From the NCBI GenBank assembly GCA_009103225.1, contig RHPI01002888.1, positions 82,122-146,121 on the forward strand: a DNA stretch of 64,000 bases, in the 5' to 3' direction. Shown here in pieces: positions 35,162 to 48,220 of this stretch (positions are counted from its first letter, which is position 1; each line of letters opens with the position of its first letter). A program made the translations under genes and the position numbers. This DNA comes from Chlorokybus atmophyticus. Lineage: Eukaryota > Plantae > Mesostigma and Chlorokybus algae. The notes below the pieces were generated by a model. It saw only the letters and a program-made list of their open reading frames with translations. It did not search any database and was not told where the DNA came from.

Positions 35162-38100
35162 ATGGAGGCGACCTACGACAAGGGGCAGATTGCAAAGCTG
35201 GACACCGACGACTACAACACATGGTGCGTGGAGATGAAGGCCTTGCTCATCCACAAGAAGGTGTGGAAGTACGTTGATCCGAAGGCACCACCACCAACAC
35301 CAGGAGCGAACACTGTGTGGTCAGAGCATTCAGCAGAAGCACACTCTTTGCTTGTGTTGAACAGCAAACCGCATCACTTTCCCTGCTCACTGCATGTGAA
35401 GATGGTAGACAAGCTTGGGAAAAGCTATTAGCCGTATTCAGCGCCAAGAACAATGCCAAAAAGTTGCATCTACGCAAGCAGCTCAGCGCACTCAGGAAGG
35501 AGGCAGCAGAACCCATCACAAAGTATGTTGCGCGCGAGAGAGAGCTGTAGGCGGACCTCATTAACGTCGGCCACAACATGGGGGAGACGGAGGTAGTGCT
35601 GGCCATTATTGCAAGGCTACCAGCAGAGTACGAGGTCGTCGCAACCCTGCTGGAGACGTCATCATCGGAGTTGACGTTGGACGATGTGCTACCGAAGCTG
35701 CTCACCGTGGAGCAGAGGGTTGTGAAGAAGGACGAGCAAGCGGATGCCGTCGCCTTCTACACCGGCAAGCACGCAAAGAAGAGCAACCATGAAGAGAAGT
35801 ACAAGGGCAACAAGCCAGGCAATCCTCGTCACAAAGACCTCACATGCCACTGGTGTGGTTGGAAGGGGCACATTGTGAAGGACTGTAGGAAGAAACAACA
35901 GGGGCAACCTAGAGCAAGCACCAGCAACAGCGGCAACGAGCACCAACACAAGGAGAAACATGTCGCCTTCACTGCATCCAGTTCGAGGGCGGGCACAGCT
36001 TTCTGGGTGGTGGACTCTGGCTGCGATCGTCATCTCACACCAAACAAGGAGGTGATGGAGGGCTACAGGAAGCTGACGTCCACAATCAAGGCGGCGGGCT
36101 TCGGTGGCGAAGTATTGGTGGCTGAGGGAGTTGGCAACATACGACTCCAGTGCAAGGTTGGTAACACACTACACGAGGTGTTGTTACGCAACGTCCTGCA
36201 TGTTCCTAAGGCTATTGCGAGTCTATTCTCTGTGAGGGTTGCGGAGCGCTTAGGCGTGGAGATCCTATTTCGGAAGGGTGGCTGCTCAGTCATCCTTGAT
36301 GGGGTCGTGCACATGGTTGGAATCGCTGATCCGGGAGGGCTCTACCACGTGGAGCAGCACCCTAAGGACATTGACATTCAAGCCATGATGGTGAAGGACA
36401 GGAGTCGCCAACATTGTGGCATCGAAGGTTCGGGCATCTTAGCTACGTTAACCTCACTCGCCTTGTCGCTGAGAAGATGGTCAAGGGCATCCATCTCAGC
36501 ACAGAAGAACTCAAGAATGCATCAGGTGCACTTTGTGAACCATGCATGGTTGCAAAGCAGCATGCTATGCCATTCCCATTATCCTCTTCATGCAGTCAGC
36601 ATCCTTGCGAGCTTGTGCACATGGATGTCTGTGGCCCTATGCACATTGTGGTGAAGGGAGGGGTCAGGTACTTTGCTACATTCCTCGACGACTGCAGCAA
36701 GCTATCCGTCATCTTTTCGTTGACACTGAAGTCAGAAGTTGCTGGAGCTGTGCGCACAGTTGTGGCCTTGTTGGTGACCCAGTCTGGCAACAAGATGCAG
36801 GCAATGAGGAGTGATCGAGGAGGGGAGTACATCAACAAGGAGTTGAAGGAGTTCTTCGCCAGCAAGGGCATACGCCACGAGACAACGGCACCCTACTCCC
36901 CGCAGCAGAATGGAGCAGCTGAACGCCTCAACAGGACACTCTTGGAGCGTGTTCGAGCCATGCTCAATGACACCAGGATGGAAGACAGTATGTGGAAGGA
37001 GGCGATACTTGCTGTCAACTACATCCGCAACAGGTTTCCGGTGAGCTCAGAGCAGAAGACTCCGTGGGAGCACTTCTATGGAGCCACACCAGATGTGAGT
37101 GGTATGCGTGTGTTTGGATGCACGGCATATGCACTAGTGCCTCAACAGCTCAGGCACAAGCTGGAGCCGGTCAGCAAGAAGGGCATTTTCGTTGGCTATG
37201 AACCGGGTTCCAAGGCTTACAAGATCTTGCTCGAGGATACTCAGAAGATCATCGTGAGCAGAAAGGTGGTTTTCCACGAGGGATTATCACAACCAGAAGC
37301 AGGCTTCTTTCCTCGAGATGAAGATGAAGCACAGCCGGAGGAACTTCCTACAAAAGGGGGAGTTGCAGGCAAGGCCATCATCGAAGATAAGGGTGAGCAG
37401 GACTGTACTGTAGCAGACAAGCAGTCGCACCTGCAGCAGGAGCACGCAGCTCGGAGATACCCAATGAGGGAGAGAAAGGCACCTGACTTCTTACACAAGG
37501 CACACGTCGCCAGTGTGCACAATGAGGAGCCAAGCACCTACGAGGAGGCATTGTTAGCACCAGATGCGGAGCAATGGCAGCGTGCTATGGACGAGGAGAT
37601 TGCGTCACTCCATGCCAACAACACTTGGTCACTGGAGCAGTTACCGCAAGGAGTGAAGACCATTCCAGTAAAATGGGTTTTCAAGATGAAGCGTGATGGT
37701 CAGTGCAACATTGAGCGCTACAAGGCAAGACTGGTGGCAAAGGGCTTCTTGCAGCAGGAAGGTGTGGACTTCAACGAAGTGTTTGCACCTGCAAGTAAGC
37801 ATACCACGTTCCGTGCACTGCTAGCTATGGTTGCTGCTGAAGACCTTGAGCTGCATCACCTGGATGTGAAGACTGCCTTCCTCTACAGAGAGCTGGAGGA
37901 GGAGTATCTTGATCGAGCAACCACCTGATGTGAAGAACGGGAGAGAGGCACAGCGTGCAAGCTGATCAAGGCACTGTACGGGCTGCGACAGGCACCGCGT
38001 ATGTGGCACATCAAGCTCACCAAGGAGCTGGAGGCACTTGGCTTCACCGCATCCTCTGCAGACCCTGGGCTCTTCATCCATGCAGACAACAAGGTCTGGC

Positions 38101-39059
38101 TGCTCGTGTATGTTGATGATATCATCATCACCGCCAGGCAGGTGCACCACCTGCAGGAGACAAAACTTGCTCTACAGCAAGCATTCTCAGTCCGTGATTC
38201 TGGAGAGGCCTAGTGGTTCCTTGGCATGGTGATTGAGCGCGACAGGGTTGCACGCACAATCAAGATCAGTCAGGAGCAAATGGTGAGAAGACTCGTCACC
38301 AAGTTTGGGCTCACTGAAGCAAAGACCAAGACCACACCGTTGGCACTTGGCATTGCCCTCATCAAGGCAAAGGATGAGGAGGTACTCGACAAGGCTCAGT
38401 ATCCATATGGTGAGCTGATAGGCAGCATGCTCTATCTGGCAGTGTGCACACGTCCCGATGTTGCACATGCTGTGGGAGTACTTGCTCGCTACATGTCTGC
38501 ACCGAGCATGGAGCACTGGAGAGCAGCAAAGGGAGTACTACGCTATGTTGCTGGGAGCGCAACAGTTGGCATCAAGTTTGGGAGCGGAAGCACTGAGTTG
38601 GAGGGCTACTGCGACTCGGACTTTGCTGGTGACCTCAACAGCAGGAGGTCCACTACAGGCTACGTCTTCAAGCTGAACGGAGGCGTGGTGAGCTGGAACA
38701 GCAGGCTGCATCCAACAACAGCAGCATCTACATCAGAGGCTGAGTACATGGCAGCGGCAGCAGCAGTGAAGGAGGCACTCTGGCTTTGCAAGCTCATGGC
38801 AGACTTGGAGCACCCCATGGCGTGCATCGTCATCAACTGTGACAACCAAGGAGCCATCAAGTTGTTGAAGCACCCTATCGCCTCGGCAAGGACGAAGCAC
38901 ATTGATGTCATGCATCACTTTGTGCGTGACAGAGTCACAAGGAAGGAGGTGGAGTTCCAGTACTGCAACACTGAGGGCATGCTGGCGGACTTCATAACAA
39001 AGCCATTGTCACCGCTCAAGTTCAAGACTTGTTGCGCACGACTTAGCATTTGTGTTTGA
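35162..39059 (+). pseudogene. Copia gag-pol polyprotein with several frameshifts and stops
   Basis: IAKLDTDDYNTWCVEMKALL (gag); CHWCGWKGHIVKDC (zinc knuckle); WVVDSGCDRHL (protease); WHRRFGH, LVHMDVCGP, MRSDRGGEY, QQNGAAERLNRTL (integrase); YKARLVAKGF, LLVYVDDIII (RT); GYCDSDFAGDLNSRRSTTGY, CDNQGAI, RTKHIDV (RNase H). Confidence 0.95.
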
Positions 39060-39101
39060 CTACAGGAGCAAGCGTTGGAGGTCAAGCTGCACGCGTGGGA
39101 G

Positions 39102-39519
39102 TGTTGAGAGTCATTCCTACATACAATCAGCATCGACCCTCCATACAGGAGTAGAAGGTCGTAAGGATGAGCACTAGGTCTGGACTTAGCAAGATGGCGT
39201 CGTCGGACCAGACTCCAGACTGGAGCCTTACTAATTGCTTTGTATCTCCGCGTATACTTACTCATGTTGGGCGTGTAAGACCTTGTTGGAAAGCTCTGGT
39301 TGTAAAAAAGACAACACAGCTTAGAGCGCGTCAAAAGGCTGAGTATAGCTTACGCAGTGCTTGCAAACGTAGACGTGTGTGTAACTGGCTGGTATAAAAA
39401 CCAGCGGACAACTTGTAATAGATGAATGTGCTGTGACTTGTGTATGCTCTGGTGGCGGTAGCTCTGTCTCTGTGTGTCTATGCTTGCCTCAACTACATGT
39501 GCATGCTAGTCCTTCAACA
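39102..39519 (+). repeat. Copia 3' LTR (418 bp)
   Basis: Preceded by the purine-rich gcgtgggag; followed by TSD CACCT. Confidence 0.95.
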
Positions 39520-39599
39520 CACCTCAGGGTTGGCAACGAGCGCTTCCTCTAATAAGGGGTCGGTGACGGTGACAATGGGCTTGAGAGAGGGCACATCCT

Positions 39600-41260
39600 C
39601 GTCTGCTGCTGCCTCCGTGGTCTGATTCTTGCGTCCTGAACGTAGCGCTACGACAGCGAACATGGTCGCCACACCTGGAGGTGCGGCTGCAGGACCCCAC
39701 TCGTGTCGGGCTGCTGTCGCCTCGTTGGTGTTGAGGTGAGGGTTGCAATTAAGGCCATTTGCGTCCTGGTTGACCAGGCCTGCCCGATGCTCCACCTCAA
39801 AATTATACTCCTACAGCAGTAGTGCCCACCGTGCCAACTTGCCTGTCAGGTGCTTGTTGGTCATCAGCCACTTTAGTGCTTGGTGGTTGGTGATCAGTTG
39901 AAACTGCTGTCTATACAGAAAGGGGCGGAAGAAGGAGATGGCCCATACTGCGGCGAGACACTCCCCCTCGTAGCTGCTGTAGTTGGCCTCAGCGCTGTTG
40001 TTGCTGCGGCTGGCATACGACACTACGCGCTGCTTTTTTATTATTGTCGTGCTGCACGAGCACTGCTCCCATGCCGAGCTTGCTTCAATCTATGTGCAGG
40101 ATGAATGACCTGTTGTAGTTAGGTCGCTGCAAAATGGGAGCTGTGGTGAGCCAAAGCTTCAACTCCTCGAAGGCCTCTTGTTGTGCCTCCTTCCACATAA
40201 ACTCAATTTCCTTCCTTAGCAATTCATTGTAAAGCCGCGCGTATTTCGCAAAGTCCTTAACAAACCGTCTGTAGTAGTTGGCAAGGCCGAGGAATGCACG
40301 CAGTCGCGTGAGATCAGTGGGGGCAGGGATGGCCACCAGTGCCTCCACCTTGGCTTGCTGTACATACACTCCGTGGGGCACAATCATGTGCTCACGGTAC
40401 CTTGTGGGTAATAAAGGTGCACTTGTCGGGGTGCACCGTCATCCCTACATTCTTCAGTCTCTGTAGCACCTCCGCGATGTGCCTGAGATGCTCCTCATTG
40501 CTGCGACTAAAGATGAGGATGTCGTCGATGTAGCAGCGTGCGAAGACTCATCCCTTGAGGGCTTTGTCCATGACGCGCTGAACTTGGCAAGAGCATTCTT
40601 CAGTCCGCAGGGCATGACCTTCCACTGGTACCGCCGGTTGCCCCAGAAGGAGGTCCTGTGCTTGTCCTCCTCCTCGATGGCGATCCGGTTGTACCCTTGG
40701 CGCATGTCCATGATACCGAAGACTATACAGTCTCCTACATCATTATAAATACCTTCTGCGGTAGGCAGTGGAGGCCTGTCTTGCTTGGTCTTCTTGTTGA
40801 GGGGACGGTAGTCACCGCACACGCCGGTCTGTTCAGTTGCCTGCTGAATCCTTCTTCAGGGGTATGACGGTCGCGGCCGCAAAGTCCAATGTAGATTCCT
40901 CGATCAGGCATGCATCTAACAGAGTCTTGCACCTCTGCTCCACCAAGTCTTCTTCCAACTTGGAGAGTCTGTACTGTCGTCGGAACACCGGTTCGGTGTC
41001 CACCAACTCGATGTTCATGTGGTAAACTGAGCAGATGCTCAGTTTCTTCACGCTGAAGCTGAATTGACTCCTTTACTTGTTGAGGAGAGCCTTGAGTTGT
41101 TCTCGTGTCTGGCCTGTAGCCAATGGTTCAATGGCATGGGACCAGGACGTAGTGTTGGCGACCACTGGAATGTCCTCCACAATGACTGCTGCCTGCTCCT
41201 CCAATGTGGGCGATCTCGAGGGCATTGTGTGCCGCTTTGGTCCCTCGAACGCGATCAGCC
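39600..41260 (-). pseudogene. Copy A reverse transcriptase and RNase H, frameshifted
   Basis: PVFRRQYRLSKLEEDLVEQRC; CGDYRPLNKKTKQD; MDMRQGYNRI; LTRLRAFLGLANYYRRFVKDFAK; YASRSNNSAEANYSSYEGECLAAVWAI; GKLARWALLL. Confidence 0.92.
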
Positions 41261-41269
41261 CCGCCCCCC

Positions 41270-41517
41270 NNNNNNNNNNNNNNNNNNNNNNNNNNNNNNN
41301 NNNNNNNNNNNNNNNNNNNNNNNNNNNNNNNNNNNNNNNNNNNNNNNNNNNNNNNNNNNNNNNNNNNNNNNNNNNNNNNNNNNNNNNNNNNNNNNNNNNN
41401 NNNNNNNNNNNNNNNNNNNNNNNNNNNNNNNNNNNNNNNNNNNNNNNNNNNNNNNNNNNNNNNNNNNNNNNNNNNNNNNNNNNNNNNNNNNNNNNNNNNN
41501 NNNNNNNNNNNNNNNNN
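41270..41517. other. Assembly gap (N run)
   Basis: 248 N. Smaller gaps at 32095 and 61102-61111 sit inside poly-C runs. Confidence 1.
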
Positions 41518-41699
41518 CCACTACGATAGGTAGTGCTATATACACAGTTCTTTACACGAGTGGATGATGTGTTACACTGTTAAGTGAGGTGAATGAATAA
41601 GCAACCTAAAGATGCTATGTCCTGACTGATGCAGCAAACATTACCGCCAAGTTTACCCCCCCGCCAGGTGCTCGAGCTCTTTGAAGGACACATGGCGGT

Positions 41700-42670
41700 C
41701 TTGCAGAGTAAAGCACATCTCTTACAACCACACCATGCTGTTCTGGTCCATGGCGCACCCCAACATCTGACAGTGCTTACAGTCAGCATGGAACCTGTGA
41801 TACAGCCTGAACAAAATCCCATGGCGCGTTTGCGCTCACGAGCGTAAGATTCCTCCAGCCGGCCTCTGTTGGATTCAAACACCATGCCGTCGCCTTCGTC
41901 GCGGAAGGCATATGAACCTGGAATAGACACCAGAGTTGGGAGCGCATGGCGCGGGTGGCCGCGCTGATTGCACTGGTTGAAGTGCTGGTGATCGTGTCGC
42001 GTGATCGGGTGTGGCGTGCGCTCAAGGTCCAGGATATCGGTGACGGTGAGATTGCGTGGAAAACCGCTATGCAGATGCTCAGCAGCAAAGAGATCCTCCA
42101 CTGTGGCTAGGTTGGTCCACTTGGCGCGGACGCGATGAGCACGGAATCCATGACGCGCTGCATTGATTGATTTGAGAGGATGCCCCAGCAAGAAACACAC
42201 CTGTCAAAGGCTGTTGGCCACGTGATGACGCTTATCGTCCTCGGAGTGCACTTTCTCAATGATGTACCCCAGAGGCCTGAAAAGCCGGTTGCTCTGCGGG
42301 AGTTTGATGACGCGCATCAGCTCCGAGAACAGTTGCAAGCGAGGATCAAAGAGTCCTTGGCCTCTGCCTGCTCACAAGTGTCCTTGACACTCCCATCCTG
42401 TTATCAGCAAGTCAATGTTGCCCACAGCCAGGTCGAGATCCGCAGTGATTACGCGGATGTCCTATGGCAGCGCCTTCAGACTGCCTTGCAGTGCTAGTAG
42501 TGGCAGCTGCTGCGGGTAGCACTCGTGTAGGCGGCACAAACGGTGGTTTAGGGCGATCTGTGCGTGTGGAACAGGGTCACAGTAAAGGTACCTGGTGACC
42601 GTCGCGCCGGTGTTAAGGACAGCGGCGAGGCCACTATCTATACCTTCAAACAGTTCCAACACGGTGATGC
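41700..42670 (-). pseudogene. Copy A C5 cytosine methyltransferase domain (DNMT3-like), inactivated
   Basis: LELFEGIDSG (decayed motif I); NIDLLITGWECQGH (IV); INAARHGFRAHRVRAKWTNL (VIII); EESYARERKRAMGF (IX-like). Stops consistent with CAG>TAG and CGA>TGA. Confidence 0.9.
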
Positions 42671-42999
42671 CTTGTTGTCGGCGAAACGCGTGACTCTACT
42701 ACTCAAGTGGCCACCTGGTATTGCTCTTGAACTGCAGCTTGGTCTTTGTAGAGAGGGAACCATGCAGTGAGCCGTGCTCTAATAATTAATAAATGTGCGA
42801 ACACTTGTGCGCGCCAATGGCGCTCAGATGGTTTCTGTTCGGCCACTTCTTCAGTGGCATCCTCTTGGACCTCATCGTATGGGGTAGGAGAGTATTGGTC
42901 AGAATTGTGGGTGATTACCGTTACTGACCTGTCAGTGGTTGTCGAAGCCGACCGGTAGGTGGCTATTATAGCTGACCTTGAATGAGAGCGAGTGCGAGC

Positions 43000-45900
43000 C
43001 ACCAGCTCGAGAGGCAGGTATCCTTGAACCTCTCCATCTTCCTCATCCCAATGGGGACGAAACCATGCCTGCTCTGTCTAGCAATCCAGCCCCATGCCAA
43101 CAGAAAAATTGAAGTCCTCTCCCAGCAGCAGGTCCAAGGATTCCGCGTCAGTGACCACACATTTCTGTATGCCTTTAGTGATGTGGGAAGGGTCTAACCC
43201 TGGGCGAATGCAGAGGGCCTGCCTGGTGATGCCAATCCTTGTCGCGGTTGATGGTTGCTGTGTCGAAAACGTATGGGCAGGGCATCAGCTCAGCGCTGGT
43301 GATGCCAAAGTCGCGTGCGAGGTAGCGCCCAATAACAGGCTGGCTCCAGAGTCTAGCATCACGCGCTTGGGTGCCCACCCGTCGATGGTAACATGCTTGC
43401 TTTTTTCGGCGATAATGGCTGCGTTGGCGTAGATGCGCATCCGCTTGAACCGTCGGTGGCGTCTGCATGGGGTGACTGCTGCTGCGTGAGTTCTCCGGTG
43501 GTGTCGAGCGGAGTGCGGCAAGCGCCCCTCGATCGGCTGAGTCTTGCGAACCTCCTTATCGGCGGCCTGACCTGAACCATCATGGTCTTGGCTGTTGGTA
43601 TACTCGCTGCGGCCTGGGTGCTAGCGGTGCTACCTGTGGCTGCCTTGATTGTGGCGTAGGGAGATTGCGCCTCTGTATGGCCGAGATCATACCTGGCGGT
43701 GTGGCCATTGGCTGTCGGGGAAGCCCTTGGGGAACCGGGTGTTTGTGGGCCCGCCTCCCGTGCAGCCTGTTTTGCCACATAAGTCTTGTGTACACAATGA
43801 GCCGCCTCCCTGACCAGTGTACCTTCCCATGTGGCTGTTGGATTGCTGATCTCGTCACTCCAGCGATGGTTTTGAGGCATGGGTTGAAAATACATTGCGC
43901 GCACGAGCCGCGCTCTTATGTCGTGGGTGATGGTGGGAACCCTTAAGATCCCTGCCATGTAGGTATCCCATCTGCCATTGACCACCCCCACTTCTAGCAC
44001 CGTTGTTGCCCGTGCACGCACAGTGAGGTAGATCGTCGATTGTTGGACATGCTGCTCATAAGCAACTGCGATGCGTTTGCGTTGTCGCGCTGTATCCACT
44101 TTTAAAAACCTCAGTGTGGCCTCTTGAGCTCTTTCAAAGGTGTTGGTGGCTGCCGAGGCCACCTCGATATAGGCTTGCCGTAGCGAGTGAAGAAAGGCGT
44201 CTTGCCATGACAATATGGTGCCAAATACGAACAAAGGGACTGCGGGGTGCTTAGCCAAGTCACTAGTCTCGCTCGCGCTGCACTGCCACCTTCTCGCATC
44301 CCCATCATCTGTCTCAAGCCAATGCCTTCTTGTCGTTGTAGCATGGTTGCTTGTCGCAACAGGGCAGTGCAAACTTGCTCTTCTTTAACTAGGCCTGCTC
44401 CGTCCCGTTGTGTACACCCTTGTAGTGTAAGGTAGCCTCTCCCTAAACCTCGCTGATCATCAGGTAAATCTTCCACCAAGGCGGGTAGCAGCGGGGCGAT
44501 CACCCCCCTAGTTTGTTGGGCCAGCGCCCTCGCCTGGTCAATGTCGGTCTCAACCAACAATTGCTGGCCTATCGTCCAGAACGACACCTTGCACCGTTGA
44601 GATAGAAGCACGAGCAGCGGCAAGGGCCTCTGCCCGTGCGTTGATGGCTGTAGTTTGGTCATGTCGCCAGGTGAACGCTTGTTCCGCAGCAGCGTAGCGC
44701 TCGTGAAGTCGCGTAGCAGTGAGAGTCCTCGGTGTTTCATCGGCCCAAAGGCATGTCAGCTGCATCGCTGACGTACTGCTGCACGTTGGGTTACCAGTCT
44801 CAATATGTATTCAGCGGATTGGCTCGAAAGGCTCGTGATGGACTTGTGCAGGCTGGCGAGCGCGATTTGCATGTTGTCATGCAGAGTCTCAAACAGCTGC
44901 AAGGCCGACTCCAGCACGTCAGGTGTTCTAACCACAATTGCGCAGTCTCGCATGGGAGGCGCCGTGCCGGTGAGGATTTCATCCTCCATTTGCCGCTGGG
45001 TCTGCTCCGGCAAGGTGTGATATTCAGGCAGGGGGAAAACATGATTCAATGCGCGTTGTGCGCTCTCCTCCTCGCCTAAAAACAATTGTAGTGGGATCTG
45101 CTCCACGCATGATGGTCTCCCATGCGCGCTCAGCTTGCTGACCTCTCAGGACAGCCTGAGTGGCGTCGAGGGCGGGCAACGTAGCTGCGCGCGTTGCGGC
45201 AGTTGCAGCGGACTCGACAATGGCACTGGCAATAGGTGCGATAGTGCCGGTCAGTGGCGCGAGAGTGGTTTCAACGCTCGCTGACGTAGGTGCTTTTGCA
45301 GCTGGAGCGGGATTGGTGCGATTTACTACTGCAGTGGCTGTCGCCATCGTGCTCACCAGTGTTGGCGTCATGATGCCCACTGGTGTACCAACTTCTGGTG
45401 CAACTGGAGTAGTTGCTGCTGACATTAACGGCGTCGTAGCCGGTGTGGCCGTTGCTGCTGATGCATCACCGCTAGTGGCTTCAGAGGAGGTAGCTGCTGA
45501 CGATGTTGCGGCGGTTCCCCTCGTGCTCGTTGGGATGGCTGAACACGAGACGGAGTGCTCGTGTCTTTCGTGTGCTTCGGAGCCATCAGTGCCCATCGGG
45601 TAGAGTAGCAGGCGCGGTAGTCCTGCTCTTGGTCTTCCTCCAAGCGTGCCATACGCGCCATGAGGGCAGCAATATGGTCATAAGTTGGCGTGTTGGCTAG
45701 AGCCTTGGCGGCAACAGCAGCAGCACGCAGACGTTCTTCCAGTCCCTTGCGCTGAGGAGGACGATTCTTCCCCCTGTAGCCTTGCTCTTCCTTGCGAGCG
45801 TTGGCGTAGTTATTGTTGTTGTTATAACCTCCGGTGTGGTTGCTATTGTAGCCACCAGAGTTGTTGCCGTTGTGGCCTCTATTGTTGTTGCTGTTGTAGC

Positions 45901-47330
45901 CACCAGAGTAGTTGTTGCAGTAGCTGTTGGCAGGTCTCAACTCAAGGAACTTGAGCCAGCAAACTGACTCAAAATGACCCGTCTTGTGACAGTGGTTGCA
46001 AATCAGAGTTGATTACTCTTCGATGCACTCCTTTTGGTAGTGCCCATGCCGTCCACAGCGATGACACAGCACAGGGGCAGGCAAAGCGACATGAGCTGAC
46101 CGTTTCTCTTTGTCGCGTGCCGGTGGAGCGTCCCGGCAACGTTTGCGGCGAGGAGGCTCAATAGTTGTGCTGGCTACAGCTGTGAGGCGCTGCGATTGGT
46201 GTCCAGCAATGCCTTCTCATACACCAAGCGCTTGTGGATGGTTTGTGCAGTCTCGATGGCTTCTTTGAGCCCTTTTTAAGGGGCCTGCTGTAGTTCAGGG
46301 TCAGGCGCGTCCACTCGCTCAAGGTGGCATCCAACTCATTAACATACACCACTGCAGCAGCCTTGTCACTGACAATCTTGCAGTCAGTGTTTTTCAACAG
46401 CCCTTTCAGTCTAGAGTACAGGCGTAGAGGGTCCTCGTTGGTCCGAACCCGTCTCAGCTCCTCCACTTTGCTGGTGGTGTGAGGTGGGACGAAGGTGCGA
46501 CGAAGTGCAGCGTATAGATCCTTGAGTGAAGAGTTAGAGATGGCAGCACATACAGTAATGGCTGGTGCGCGCAGTGCAACTGACCCGAGGGTGAAAGCAC
46601 TGCCTCCCGCACGAGAGCCAAGTGTTGCCAGAGGTAGAGGCGTGCCCACCTCAAAGGCTGCAGCTCGTTGTTCTTTCAAGATAGCAGCAGAACGGTCCAG
46701 GATCCGGGCCCGCCGTGCGACCATCATGGTCTCAATCTCTGCAGGGGTCAGGTTAATGATCACCAACTCAGGCTCCTCCTCTGCCCTCTCGATGGCTGCA
46801 GCTATGGACAAGCCGATGACAGCAGCTGGAGTGGCAGGTTGAGCGATGGCTACGGGACTGTGCAGCGACGCATATGCTATGATGCTGGCGAGCTCGACAT
46901 AGCCATTAATTTGATATAGTTCAGCAACAGACCTTCAGACATTGTGTGCTTCATGTTTCAAGGATTAAGCAGCAATGTGGAAAGAAATCTCATCCGACCA
47001 GTCTTTGTTCATTAAAGCTTGCTGTCGCATTGTGGAATGGCACTTGATGATGAAGTTTGCCAGCGAGGTGGTGCCAGCACGTCCGGAGAAGCGCAGGGAT
47101 GTCGTTGAGCAAGAAGACTTCATCTCGTGGTCGTCACTGTCAAACGATAGTGGGGAAGCTTGATGGCGAGGAGTAGACCGGAACGGAGTGAAGCGGGAGA
47201 CAGAATGCGAGCTTCTGCTGCTGCGATCGCTGCTTGCGTTGCTGGTCCGCTCGAAGGTGAGATTGAAGGTTGGACTCTAGCTGCTGAGGTCACCCTCGCC
47301 TATTGGAGAGCACGGGGTGGGCCTGCTCAT
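43000..47330 (-). pseudogene. Copy A gag, Asn-rich stretch, conserved spacer domain and aspartic protease, degenerate
   Basis: Collinear at protein level with copy B (MSRPTP... start, PLRLYSRL, LTLNYSRPL, zinc knuckles, EYHTLPEQTQRQMEDEILTG, KRVMLDSGAS). Confidence 0.85.
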
Positions 47331-47538
47331 ACAGCTAGTCCATAGGTGCAAGTGTATGAAGGGTAGTGTGTTTGTGCTCTACTGTCTGTCCTGATGCTGC
47401 TACCACTCACCACACTAGTGCTTGTGTGCGCACTATGTGATGACAGTGATAACGAGTGCACAGGGATGTATTCCCCGATACAGACTGCACTATGTGATGC
47501 AGAATGCGACGCACTCACTTGAGCAAAGAGGGTGACAC

Positions 47539-48181
47539 TGTGCATAAACAAGCCACTACGATAGGTAGTGCTATATACACAGTTCTTTACACGAGTGGAT
47601 GATGTGTTACACTGTTAAGTGAGGTGAATGAATAAGCAACCTAAAGATGCTATGTCCTGACTGATGCAGCAAACATTACCGCCAAGTTTACAGCAATAAC
47701 AAGCACATCGCACAAGAGCATACACTGTGTCTCACGCAGTAAGGCAGTTCATGGCAACCGGGACGGTGTGCTTCAAGTTCAAGTCGCTTCACAAGCTCTT
47801 AAAGTCAGAGTCTCTACTCTTCGCACTCACTCACAATGTCACCAGCGAGTCCAGTGACATGACTTCCTATATATACATGTCAAATCATAACTGTGCAATG
47901 CCACGCGGGCACTAGGCCAACGGTCACATCGAGGCCGTATGTTACTACGGAATCCTCTAAGGCTCGATATAACACATGAGCTAGTAACAGATTCCTAACC
48001 AATCAGCTACGCGCGGTTCCTACAGACAGGTCTGTAGAATAGCCCTAGCTACATGCTACATGAAGTACGAAGTGGTTAGCATAAAACTGGGGCGCGCGCG
48101 GTCTTCACGCTGGTAGCCCGGGCTTGGCTGAATGTAGGCATGCTCAAGGAGGACTGGCATGCGAGGGTAGTTGGCATGATA
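47539..48181 (-). repeat. Copy A 5' L repeat with predicted promoter
   Basis: Begins TGT at 47539 next to the conserved primer site and ends ...ggcatgata. TATA-like TATATATAG at 47867-47875 (minus strand). Confidence 0.85.
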
Positions 48182-48220
48182 GCAGGGTATCTTTGAGCAA
48201 CGGATTTGCTTCTTGAAGGC

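Larger units (their letters stand above)
34610..39519 (+). mobile_element. Full-length Ty1/Copia LTR retrotransposon nested in Gypsy copy A, inactivated
   Basis: LTRs 34610-35034 and 39102-39519 (TGTTGA...TCAACA; the 5' copy ends TCAATA). 5-bp TSD CACCT at 34605-34609 and 39520-39524. Domain order gag-PR-INT-RT-RH. Confidence 0.97.
31891..48181 (-). mobile_element. Ty3/Gypsy retrotransposon copy A (DNMT- and PHD-bearing, split terminal repeats), degenerate, interrupted by a Copia element and an assembly gap
   Basis: Minus-strand order: gag (ATG 47330), spacer, protease (MLDSGAS), DNMT, RT, RNase H, integrase, PHD, G7 PPT (33056-33062). Repeats: L 47539-48181 and about 32238-32825; S 31891-32147 and 32828-33055. 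Confidence 0.9.

Noticed and set aside
41518-41656. 139-bp piece of L repeat in the middle of copy A, suggesting a further nested insertion
   Set aside because: Identical to 47553-47691, bounded by the N gap and a C run, and the coding sequence on either side is directly contiguous in copy B. Probably misplaced reads; long reads needed.
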